Both the position numbers and the translations under genes were made by a program. Of a stretch of DNA of 64,000 bases, positions 23,001 through 35,200 are shown in pieces. The stretch is taken from the NCBI GenBank assembly GCA_017499595.2, contig CM039003.1, forward strand, positions 2,790,001 to 2,854,000, given 5' to 3'. The notes below the pieces were generated by a model. It was not told the origin of the DNA. It ran no database searches and worked only from the letters and a program-made list of their open reading frames with translations. The stretch's first letter is position 1. Each line of letters starts with the position of its first letter. Source of the DNA: Psilocybe cubensis. Lineage: Eukaryota.

Positions 23001-25242
23001 ATCAGTAGTTCACTAATACACGGCTTCGTCGGTCGCCTTGCAATCTTTGAGTTTGATGGGCATTATCCGCCGCCTAAACTGACTTTGCATGCTGTTTTCA
23101 CACCACAAGTTGCAAGAACCGCTGCCTGACTAGGGCTCACCACCTTTGATAGTGCCAGAAGGGTGTCACGGGGTCCTTCTCCCAGGAAAATTTGATCCAC
23201 GATTCCATGTGCTCACACTGCCAACAACAATGGAGATCAAGTTGCAACATTGGACCATCTTATATTTGTACCTTCTCCGCTCCATGAAAGTTTGTGGGAA
23301 GGGGAACATTCGGACGCAGCTTTGACTCACCCCTTTACGCGTCAAAAGCTGACGGAAATTCAAACTTTTCACTGATCTTCAAGCAATCGACAACCAGAAT
23401 TCTCGTATATCCGACTGCAATCATGACCTCGATCTTTGTCAACCAGGCCGGAGACGGTGGTGGGGGTACACAACTTCAATTTTACGAGGCTGGCGACGCG
23501 TGAGTTGTAGCAGATACTCTGTACGTATTGATAGAGTCTTTAACATTCTCTAGCTTTTGGAAGGACCCACGATACATACCCTTGCTTCTATCCGGAATTT
23601 TCTCCTTCTCCCAGTTGACGCACGCTGTGTGCAGCCGCTTCAAGTACGGAAGGAGACCAAACGAGGCAGCCGCGTCAACGGAGGAGCGTAGGGGATTTCT
23701 TGCAAGGTGGCGCTGGCACATTCATTTACATGGAGGATATGTAATCTATGCGTATATGGTTGCTCGTTTGGTGGGTTCGGTCGCGTTACTGTATATTTTC
23801 TTTACTACCGCCATTGCCGACTGCGAGAAGGCCGCTGGGAACAATGGGTGGACGTTTTTTCCGTTATGTGTTCAGACAGCTCTGACCATTGCACATGTAA
23901 GTCGTTAACAAGATCATCTCTCACTCCACGTTTTCTTATCCTGTCGTAGGCCTACGCAACCTTATTAGCCGTAACGACCTTCTCCCTGAATTTCAGGCCA
24001 TTAGCTCCAGCTAGATTCCATGTCACCATTCTCTGTTCCATTCTTGCAATATACGCTTACCGCGATATCTGGCCCCTGGCAAACTATGGCTCAGTTCCAA
24101 AAGATCAAGCGGAAGGGAATATCCTCTGGGTTAAGATTGCGCTTCTTGTCGTCACAGGAGTGATCATTCCTTTGTTCATACCCCATCCATATGTTCCAGT
24201 GGACCCTAAGGTACGTTCCCATCAGATTTTGGCGCGTCAAGGTTCAAACTTCTTTTTAGAATCCTTCTCCTGTTCCCAACCCCGAGCAAACTGCTTCATG
24301 GATCTCAGCATTAACATATACATACGCGGACCCTATTATCATTTTGGCAAACAAGGTCGCTCATCTTCGACACGACCAGTTGCCACCGCTATCCGATTAC
24401 GACTTTGCTCAGTATCTTTCGGAAAGCGCTGCCAAGGTATGGTCTTACCATTTGAACCCACATATTAGTTATGAATATGGCATAGTATGTCGACCCTTTC
24501 GCTGGAGCAAAACGTCGCCATTTGTTCTTTGGCTTGTTAAGCTTTTTCCGTGAGTTTGAGGCAAATTTCTCCAAAACCTTTCAGTGAACTCTTATGCACG
24601 AACGTGAATAGGAAGAGAATATATAATTATATCTCTCAGTATTGTATTTCATGGGTTAATGAGTTTTGTTGCCCCTATTGGCATCAACAAAACACTCAAG
24701 TAAGCGTCAAAAGTTTGATTGTTTTCATCGCTCTCATTATCTGTCAGCTATCTGGAAAACCGTCAATTCGGTACAGATTCTTCTGTAAAACCCTGGGTCT
24801 GGGTCTTATTCATGTTCGTTGGGCCCGTCGCGCAGTCTGGTTTTGAGCATTGGAATCTTTATATCCAAACCCAGGCTCGAGTGCGTCTGCAAGCAGTGTT
24901 GACTCAGCTCTTCTTTGAGCACAGTCTGCGCATCAGGATGAAAGCTGAAACTTCAAATGACGGTGTCGAATCCACACCGACGCCGTCCGAGGCAGGGGAT
25001 AATCGCAGTGTCGTAGGTGGCGAGAGCATTGCATCGGGGCCAAATCAAAGCCGCGAGGATGCTGAGAGTCAGATTACGCAGGCTTCGACTGCTGTCGGGA
25101 CCACCGAAGCGTCGGCTTCTACTGTGCAAGATAACACGCCTGAGAGTTCTGGACAGGCAAAACCTCAAGCGGATGAAGGGCCCCCAGTGAAGAAGAGCTC
25201 CGGGGATGCCGAGAATCTTATCGGGAAGATTAACAATTTGGT
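20019..25242. repeat. Right part of segmental-repeat copy 0
   Basis: Colinear with 30548-31756 + 38155-42197 and with 47503-52766. Confidence 0.95.
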
Positions 25243-25258
25243 GTCCACAAGCGCTTAA
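23423..25258 (+). pseudogene. 5' fragment of ABCC/MRP transporter gene (copy 0), truncated
   Basis: Near-identical to 50936-52766. Homology breaks after ...KINNLV (25242), and the frame stops 5 codons later. Confidence 0.92.
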
Positions 25259-25392
25259 ATGCGCAGGTTTGTCTCGCTTGCTAGTTTTTCTGGCGAGTTT
25301 TGACTCGGTAGAGCGTGTTTAGATGATGAAATCTAATTATATCTCAAAAAAACAGCGTAGTCCATACAACACAACACCTTTCATTTATCGTA

Positions 25393-25437
25393 CAAGCAGA
25401 GGTTAGCCCCGCCCGAAGGCCAAGCAGGGGCGTAACC
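25393..25437 (-). mobile_element. Possible Helitron-like 3' terminus (GC hairpin followed by CTTG|T); second copy at 42348-42392
   Basis: Stem-loop ggttagcccc...ggggcgtaacc (25401-25437). The minus strand then reads tctgCTTG|T. No RepHel gene or 5' end identified. Confidence 0.3.
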
Positions 25438-26168
25438 GGTCTATCTACTGGTACAAAGACTTACCTCCAGGCTGTCATTCGTGATATCCTGTAACAAAAT
25501 GTGAATCAACGCGCATGAACAAGGTAAAACACTCACAAGGTAGTGGGTGCTTCGTGGGAACGGGCTCGCGGTCTGCGCAGATGTTGGGGAAGTGGTCGGG
25601 TATTCCGTGCACGGGCCATGGACGCGTCGACACGTATACACAAGTCCTGGCCGTCAGCCCAGGCAATATCTGCGAGGCAACACCATGAGACCGTAAGCAC
25701 GGCGGGTCGGGGGGCTTCTCTTGTGTCGCCAACAAGTCCCATGTACTTTGCGTCATTGCAAAGTGGACTACGTGTCTCTCCTTCAACAAGGCTTCTCTTC
25801 TTGGAATGCCGCTGCAGCAGAGTGCACGGGCCGTCGACTTGCACTACGTATCATCTGAAACTGCTGTTAGCATCCACTACATTTAATGTAAGAATATAAT
25901 ACGTACTTTTTAGACAAATTCTCTACCACCGGACGGCGATCTCTCAAACAACCTGCCCATGCCGCCGGATTTCCATATGTTGTGTCGTCGTCCTGGCGTC
26001 GAGTTCTGTGTCTAACGCCTAACCCTTGGATCGACAGTGGTATGGAGTCCGTACAAGGGACGTTCACAACTTCGTGATGTGGGACAAGGTGGGCGGCTCC
26101 TGGACTGGGTGATGACACAGAGCGACCACAGGACTTTGACAAGTCGCGTCGATACGTGTTCGCTGGTC

Positions 26169-26840
26169 GGGGGACGTCGATACATAGCGTCAGGCCGACG
26201 CATGAGTCCTGCTTGCCATCGAGTGACACTCTTCATCCCATCAAGGCGCCGACGTGTCAGGGCAAGGGTATCACATCACAACACAAACGCGTATGCAGCT
26301 CGATGAATGTCGATAACGAGCACAGATTCCGGCCGCCGAATTTTGATACGTTGCGTCAGAGCCAAATGGGACGCGTGCGCGGGTTGGGGGACGTCGATAC
26401 ATAGCGTCAGGCCGACGCATGAGTCCTGCTTGCCATGGGATCGTGGATTGACATTCTTCATCCCATTACAGCAGCGACAGAGACCCCAGCCGCCAGATTT
26501 CGACACATTGCGTCAGGGAAAGACGAGGGGGTATGGTGTCACGGAAACAACGCGCATGCAGCTCGATGGATGTCGATAACGTGCACAAATCCCGGACGCC
26601 GGATTTCGATACGTTACGTCAGAGCAAAATGGGATGCGTGCGCGGGTCGGGGGACGTCAACACATAGTGTCACGGATGAATCCCGACGTATATGTGAGTT
26701 TGAGCAGGTCGGGGGACGTCGATACATAGCGTCAGCGACATATATGTGAATAGTCGGGAGGCGATAGGCCAGTCCAATGGTTTTTCTTGTTCAAGAACGC
26801 GGAACCCTGGTCGGCGGACGTCGATATGTTGCGTCAGGAC
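26169..26840. repeat. CpG-rich degenerate tandem repeat with core GGGGGACGTCGATACATAGCGTCAG; second copy at 43124-43795
   Basis: Core at ~26169, 26386, 26649, 26711 and 26814. Higher-order ~220-260-bp duplication between 26169 and 26670. Confidence 0.85.
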
Positions 26841-28779
26841 ATGTATCGCGGGGAATACGAGGTAATTCCACTAGAAAGCATCAAATAGCATACGGTCAGG
26901 GGTGTTAGGTGAAAAAAAGACTTGAAGCATACCTGAGGTTCATAGAGTCAATCTTCTTCAACATATTATGACCGATTTTTGTGCAAGAAACTATGATAAA
27001 GTCAGGATATAATTGAGCAACAGGTAGACATAAACGTACCAGAGACTTATTAGACTCTGCGGAACCGCAAAAATGCGCGCTCGGCCTTAATCCCAGTCGC
27101 AGAACTTGGAATGACATGAGGAGAGTCTGTGGATAGGTCAGGAAGGTGGGAGAAAAGCGAGAGGGAGGACTTACAGAGGCGGGATGAGTTCGAATGAAAA
27201 GCAAAAGTATGAAGATGGTCGAGTCCTGGATTCGTTTTTCAGCTCTTTGTTTGGCAAGGTCACGACGTGCAAACATACCAAACAGGACACAAGTTATCGT
27301 TGTCGGACTTGCAGCTTGCGGATGGCCACAAAGACGCCCAGCATAACGGGCATTATCTGAAAAAAGGTATGTTCCTTTACTCCTCCTTATATACCTTTTC
27401 TCTACCAAGTAATTACATGATTTGTTAGCTTTTGTTGACGCGTCGAGCTCGCGCGTTTCATTCAACAATCATTGTTGATTCAAGGTACACATTCGGTGGT
27501 TATGGAGGTATGTTGTATTCTACTCCGGCTGAGCACATATTTCCGTGACGTTATCGGGTACAGTGCAGCCTAATCTGTTTGCAAAGTTTATGCCGAATCC
27601 TCATCCTCAATCCTCCTCCCTGAACATCCGTATTTCCTCCATGTTTCAGAAGTTTCCATCCAAATCCCAGATCCCAATATCGAGTCCAAGTCATCCTTCC
27701 TGCAGCAGAAATCTCTTGGAGGTATGCTCCATTTTTTTTTTTCATTAACTCCGGGAACAAATCAAGGCAACCAGTACCTCAAGTCCAATTGGTCGACTGA
27801 TGACTTCCTTACAACGGATTTCTTAACAGGTCTGTCCTTTCACCTCTACTCAGGCTGTGTTGTGCGCTCAGCAAATAGTGTATTCACAGGTCAATATCTA
27901 CTCTTTATGTGCTTAAGACCCTCCATCCCATCGGATACAAATACCTTCAAGAAAATCCAGCTTGAACTGGTGAGCAGCGCTATTGAATCAGGGTCGTTAC
28001 ATATATGTATTCTAATTTTTGATAGGTTTGCCGATTCCCCAAGCGAGCTTCCGAAATCGTCACCCTGACCCCAGCTTTTTTCATCCACTGCCACGTCTCT
28101 CCCTCCCCCCTCACAATGTTCCACGCGTTCCATCTCATTGTCTTCAAGCCATACCAGGTCAGCTCCTGTATTTTAAAGACCGGAAGCTACTCATCATCTT
28201 TGTCACAGCCACAGAAACATGGTCGCGTTGGACAGTCTACGCAGGTGAGTGGCTTTCTTCAAGCAGGTGACAGATTCACAACGTCTGGAACACATATAAG
28301 CATGCTGCAAATTCGACTCAAGGCGCTTGCTCTCGCTTCCAAGGTCTGAGGGGACCCTCTCTTCACAAATATCCAAATTACTCACTGTGTTTGATAGAAT
28401 GACATGCAACAGGAGCTTTGAATTAAATGACGCGATACGAGTTGAGTATTTTCTCTGTTAAATTCTGTCTAATTGTTTCCACTGAAATCCATACATCTTG
28501 AGATCGACCGTTTGGCAGCTTCTGCAGGATAGTTTAGCTGGATGTGGGAACAACATGGACATTGAATGCGAGGAGCCGATGAGATCGACGCGGGGAAAGC
28601 GGTGAGTATTGTTCTGTTACTGGCAAATCTGTATCAATATATTTATTCTATCTCCTTGTTTAGGCGGTTCTACTACTTAGGGCGCTAATATCACCCGCGT
28701 GAGTAAGCATCCCACTCTCAGAATGATGTAACCATGTCTAAATACCGCGTCAGAATCTCTAGATTTCCATTCCAGCGTT

Positions 28780-31420
28780 TAAACATGCCTCCGCCCCCTC
28801 GCTCCCACTTTGAACGCACTCTTGTGTTTTCAGCAACTCGGCATTGTGAGTACACGTCACCTCGGCAAGACTTAACTGACCGACTTTAACCTCGATGGCG
28901 CGGAGCTGCGCATACTTAATGTTGGACAGTCAAACATTGACCTAGCGTGAATTTGAGGACCTTACGGTTCAACGTCAAATCCTAGGTCTTTCACGTCGTT
29001 CCCGCTTTGAGTAATGAGAACTGTAAAGGTTTTGATAATAGAATAGGTAGAGCTTTGAGTCGGACCTGCATTTCGACACCATTTCCGGCTATGCGCACAT
29101 ATTACGCCTGTAAATATCATGATTTGGCACTCAAAAACATAGTCTAACCTAGCTACCGATGTAATACACACATGTAAACCTCTAGATATCAATGAAAGTT
29201 TGAAAATTCCAAAATTACTCATGTTCGCCTCGAGTCCCGCCTCATTCATTTGCTAGTCTATTTACAAAATAGCATCTCAGATTGCCTACAAAGACCTATA
29301 GCGGCAGTAAAGTGTCGGTTCAAACTCACCTAACCGTAATTCAACGCCCCATTCATGCTGTGAGCCGAGAGAAAAGAAGCACCACATACATCTCCTCCTC
29401 CCCCAAATCACGAAATTACACGATTGCAAACGTTTGCTGCATCTACCTGGCATTCAAGCATTGCATAACGGGACCGGGTACCTCCAAAGGCAAGATGTAG
29501 AGAAGCTAGATGCAAGTCAATCGAAGTTGAACATGTATCAAAACATTACATTCCATTTAGACGCACCTGATCACAAAACGAGAAAATCCGGGTCTTCCAT
29601 GAAGATCCTGAATAAAATGAAATTATACATTGGAGGAGATTATGTGAGATAAGATAAAAAGGGATCTCACACGGCATCCAGATGAAAATTGGGACTGTCA
29701 TTCGTTAAGCGCCCAAAACGACTCCAAGACGGTACTCTCATATATTTAACACATAGCGTCTCTATTTCCCCACCAATCAGTGACAAAGCAGTACATTAGG
29801 AGGGGACTATGGATACACACACGATATACAGAGCTACAAGTCAGCTCCATGAAGATTGCGAAGGGAATGACGAGAATTCACGGATGTATGTCATCCGGTC
29901 TACTCCTCCAGCTCCAATTCCGCGTTTCTAGCGTAAAAACACGGTTTCCTCGCATCTCGGGCGAACATCACGTCATGCTGTCATCAATAGACACATGCCG
30001 TGAACGTTTGTACGAGATTGGCGGAGACATTTTGAATGCGAGAATTTGTTGAATTGAAGATACGAAGGGTTACATACCTTTCATTTCGCCTCGATTTTGA
30101 GCCTGAACGGCAAATAGACGTTGGATTGAGTGTCCAGGACGCCTTCCAAGTCCAATGTAGCAAAGAGAATGAGTCTAGTACAAGAATTCAAAATTTTTTG
30201 AATACTCGCCATAATGATTTTCATTGTCCTCCAACTCGTATTTTTCCAAATTCACTGTAATTGCGCATGCATGTGAGCTTAGTATAGCACATGGTAGTAA
30301 TACTTACCCATTCTATCACAATTACAGCCCACAGACAAACGTTGGACTCGACAACGTACTCGAAATGCCAAGTAACCCAGGCTTCTCCTCCTGCCCCATT
30401 TCGCCGTTTCACGACATTCCAAACGCCGTCTCTTCTGGAACACATGTGAGTATCTCTACATCTCACCATATGCATCCGGATGACGTGAGTTGGAATGCTA
30501 GGTAGATGGTTAATTAGTAGACTCGAGATTGAAGTGGAATGAAGGCACATACATGTTGTCCTCGTTTTTTGGACGTCGTGCCGTGTCCGTGAGCGATGTA
30601 TCTGCACTAGAAGGAGTGGATTAAAGGTAAAGGTGCTAAATATTACCTACAAACGTTTTGAACAAGAGCAGAAATTGTGCGGCGAAGAATGAAGCTGGTA
30701 CGTACACTGAAATCATAGTTGCATTCACTGAGTGTATACCGGCATTGCACATGGTGTGCCATTGAAATACATGGTCGTATATCTGCTCTATAGTGTAGTC
30801 GAGTATACGAAGCACCACCAAAGTTGATCTCCGACTCACCAAACGTGTGTTTGTATAATCTTGATTCTAACGTTTCTCCATCCCCCATTCGCCCTAGCAC
30901 TCGTTTCCAAACGTTTGCTTCGGTTCCGGGTGTCTGATATATTCCCATCAGACCTAAACATTGTTACAACACCTGTCAGTAGAGATGTAACTGAGAACCA
31001 ACGAAAAAACAAACGAAATTTGTTTGAATGCGAGGGGGACCTGGACAGCGGATCTACATGGAGAACGGCGCTTGTCGTCGTAATTCAGGTGTGGTGCGCA
31101 TTTGAAACATTCGAGCGTTACGATACCTTGAACATTATCGTTCATGGGAGAGGCTGGAGCCGAGTGAAGTCGAAATTGGATCGACGCTTGTATTCGAAGT
31201 ATAATGCACAATAGACAAATCGTAGAATACACGCAATTGGAATTATCCAGGTAATTGGGTGGACCAGGAACAATTATCGCCACCTAGTATACCATAGCGA
31301 AGACGGTTTGTTATTCCAGAATATCAACCCAACCTCAAATCATCAACATACCTGTGCAAATACGACATGCTTCTCCTCCCCCAATACATCCATTTTCCGC
31401 GCTCAAAACGCTTGTTCCTC
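28780..31420 (-). pseudogene. Degenerate spliced ORF with a recurring V-x8-G[GAD]G[GE] motif; copies at ~45735-48375 and split across 1-1757 / 20019-20890
   Basis: Introns 30646-30607 and 30552-30498 (minus strand, GT-AG) join ORF 30643-30948 in frame to ...DGVWNVVKRRNGAGG. The motif recurs about every 500 bp. In-frame stops are present elsewhere. Confidence 0.4.
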
Positions 31421-31756
31421 ACGCGGACCTGAGTTCCTTGCATCACGGAGTTACATATGGACGCATCACAGCATGCTGGAATGAAAAGTAGACTGTTGAA
31501 TATTGAAGACGCACCACAATTGCAGGTGCCGTATGGTGCAATTAGGGTGATCGCCCCGGGTTGTCTATGTTTCCAGGGCAAATATCGGCACGTAAAGTGT
31601 TTAGTTTGATGTGAGAATGCCCAGAGATACTCTGAGCGAGCGATGGAGTGGATAACATAGCCCGGCAGAGACAGAGATTGACAGTTTAAAGCTCATGTAG
31701 CCATTAATCCGAGTTCCATAGCAGCAAAACATATGATTTTCAAGGCAAATCCACAA

Positions 31757-32206
31757 TGTCAGGGCAACACTATAATCAGTGTGACAAGGCCACCAACAAA
31801 GATTAAGCAAGAAAGAGAAAGAGAGAGCAGAGGGAGAGTAAGAGAGCAAAGAGAGAATAAGAGAGTGAGAGAGATTCAATGGTTCTAAGAGATCACACCA
31901 ATGATAGTGGATATCCTAAGAGATTGAAGCTGAAGCTACAGCTACCTACAAGTCCAGTATTTATACTCTACAGCTATTCTAGAATATTCCCTACATTACA
32001 TCATAAAGGAAGGTTAAAGAATAAAAGTGACATCATATAGAAAAAGGATGAGTAAGACTAGGAATCATATAGAATTTACTAGAAAGAAGTGGAGCAAGAA
32101 GGCTGTGATGAAAGAAATAAACTATCTAATCAGATAATTGATAAGATAATGAAAGGATAAGATAATTCTGTGAAGATAAAGAGGGGAAACTGGAGAAACC
32201 CTGACA
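31757..32206 (-). repeat. 3' LTR
   Basis: Appears identical to 37700-38149. Confidence 0.97.
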
Positions 32207-32220
32207 TCACCCCCTCTCTA
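32207..32220 (-). other. Polypurine tract, overlapping the pol stop codon
   Basis: Minus strand TAGAGAGGGGGTGA immediately precedes the 3' LTR. Confidence 0.85.
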
Positions 32221-35200
32221 AGGCACATTTTCCACAATGTGCACATGGATGGGTTAGTTTAGAGGGTTTAAGAAGAGGAGGAGGTTCAGTAAAGTTAATA
32301 ATAGGAGTGAAAGAAAGTCTATCAAAGGTCACAGCAGAAATCCTTCTAGGTGCTGAAGGATGTTTGGCATGGAAGTCCTTGATAGCCTTAGAAGCATTTT
32401 TCAAATGCTCTGCAGGCTCCCAAGTGCATTCTTCATTAGGATAGTTCTTCCACTTGACCAAATATTGAAGTTTGTTTCTAAAAAGTCTGCTGTCCTTGAT
32501 AAATTCAACTTCCCACTCAGGATTTTCTCCTTGAATGACAGGAGGTGGTCTAGAAGGAGGCTTTCTTCCTACAATATCTGGGTAATAAGGTAGAAGTTTA
32601 ACCACATTGAACACTGGATGGATTTTCATGGTAGATGGCAGCTTAAGCTCATAGGCATTAGGGCTAATAACTTTGGTAATTTTGTAAGGCCCATATCTTT
32701 TATCATCCAATTTCTTGGAGGGCCTATCAGTTTTGAGGTCCTTGCCATCTAACCATACCAAATCCCCAACTTTGTACTGAGTTGGAGTACCTCTGTGTCT
32801 ATTATAGAATTTAGCCATATCATCAGCAGCTTTTCTAAGTGCAGACTCTGCTTCTTTTCTGGCTTCTTCCATATTTTTCACAAAGGTATCCACAGTGTCC
32901 ATTTTACTATCTCTAAGGGGTTCAGTGCCCATTCTGGGATGTCTGCCATTATTGAGCATGAATGGTGTCTGCCTGGTTGAAGCCTGAACTCTATTGTTAT
33001 AAGAGAATTCAGCTAGAGCTAACCATTCAACCCAATCATCTTGTCTATGGTTTATAAAGAGTCTAAGATACTGCTCAATTTCTTGGTTAACTCTTTCAGT
33101 CTGACCATCAGTTTGGGGATGGTAGGCTGTAGATGAGGCTGTCTGGATACCAAGTATTGAGTTGAGTTCTTTCATAAACCTTGAGACAAACTGTGGACCT
33201 CTATCACACAGAATTTTAATGGGTAAGCCATGGTGTTTCCAGATATAATCTCTGTATAGTCTGGCTGTCCCTTCAGAAGTGACTTCATCTGTAGTAGGGA
33301 TAATGTGGATCATTTTACTAAGTCTATCCACAACCACCATAATGGCATTATACCCTTGACATTCTGGTAACCCCATAATAAAGTCCACAGAGATGCATTG
33401 CCAGACATCAGAGGGAATCTCAGTAGGAATTAAAAGGCCAAGAGGTTTGGCTGGAAAGGTTTTGGTTCTGTTGCATCTATCACAACCTCTGGTATAGGCT
33501 GCAATAAAATGTGACATTCCTGGCCACCAATAATTCCTAGAGACTAGCTCAATTGTCTTCCATTTCCCTGGATGTCCAGCAATGAAGGCATCATGGTGCA
33601 GTTCCACAATCTTTCTTCTAAGATCTTTGTCCTTGGGAACATACACCTTCCCCCTGTAGAGAATAAGGCCTTGTTCTTCTGACCATTCCTGTCCTTCAAT
33701 CTTCTTGGTAGAAGATTTCTTGAGCTCCTGAACTGCCTTGACCACCTTTTCATCCATCTCCTTAGCTTCTCTAATCTTCTTAAGAAGATCATTTTCTGCA
33801 CCAGTAATGGTAGCATGGCCCTGCTTGAGAGCCTGGATTTTAAAGTAGGAAGGTTTGAGGAGAACTACATTTTGGTTATCATTCTCTCCCTTTTTATGAT
33901 CTGGTCTCCTAGACAAAGCATCTGGCTTAAGAGATCTTTTACCAGGCCTATGATGAAGAGTAAAATCAAATCTGGACAGGAAGAGTGACCATCTGGCTTG
34001 CCTTCTGCTGAGCTTTTGGGCAACCATAAAGTACTCTAAGTTTTTGTGGTCTGTCCAAATCTCAAAGGAATGTTGGGTTCCTTCAAGATAATGTCTCCAT
34101 TCATCTAGTGCTCTGATAATAGCCAGCATCTCTTTGTCATGGATCTCATAATTCCTTTCTACTTCAGATAGACTCTTAGACATAAAGGCTACAGGATGCC
34201 ATTTCCCATCTGATCCTTCCTGAGATAAAACAGCCCCAGTAGCATAATCTGAACTGTCTGCTTCAACTTTATATGGCTTGTTATCATCAGGGAAAATCAA
34301 GACAGGTGAAGAAGTGACTTTCTTCTTTAACTGGTCAAAGGCTTCCTGCTGTCTAAGACTCCATCTCCAGACTGTTCCTTTCTTTGTCAATTCATGAAGG
34401 GGCTTAGCAATGTCTGCAAAATCCTCTATGAACCTTCTATAAAAATTAACAAATCCCAAGAATGATTGGACATCCTTGACATTTTCAGGTTCAGGCCATT
34501 TAGAAACTCCCTCTACCTTGACAGGATCCATCTCAATCCTGCCTTGTGAAATGATTAGTCCAAGATATTCAATCTTTTCCTTTTCAAATTCACATTTCTC
34601 TGCTTTAAGGTAGAGTTTGTTCTGTTCTAAGATTTGCAGAACTTGCTTGACTACCTCTCTATGATGATCAAGAGTCTCAGTGAAAATTAAAATGTCATCC
34701 ATGTAGACAATGACAACATTTCCATCAATGAGCTCAATAAAGATATCATTCATCATAGTTTGGAAGGTAGCAGGACTATTGGTTAAACCAAAGAACATGA
34801 CCAATGGTTCAAACAGCCCTCTATTGGTTCTAAAGGCTGCTTTCCATTCATCTCCCTTTTTGATTCTGACATTGTTAAATCCCCACCTAACATCAAGTTT
34901 GGTGAAGTATTTGGCTTTGCTGAGTTTGGTGATGATGTCAGAAATCAATGGAAGGGGGTAGGAGTTCTTGATGGTCATTTCATTCAGTTTCCTATAGTCC
35001 TGGACAAGCCTAAGAGATCCATCCTTCTTCTTGACAAAGAATACAGGGGAGGCCATAGGTGACTTGGAGGGTCTAATCCTGCCAGACTTCAGATTTTCCT
35101 CTAAAAAGGCATCAAGTTCCTTTTGTTCATTGGGAGAAAGAGGATAAATCTTGGATCTGTAAGGTTCAGAACCAGGTTTCAGCTCAATAGCATGATCCCA

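Noticed and set aside
25243-25266. Second CTTG|T with a GCGC stem at the duplication junction
   Set aside because: The stem is only 4 bp and the end is 5 nt off the breakpoint; probably chance.
26905-28700. Splice-like signals and short ORFs on both strands
   Set aside because: I could not build a consistent open spliced frame, so the region is left unannotated.
29900-29975. Conserved TAG/TGA stops as possible A-to-I editing sites
   Set aside because: No evidence in the sequence; pseudogenisation before divergence or a wrong splice model is simpler.
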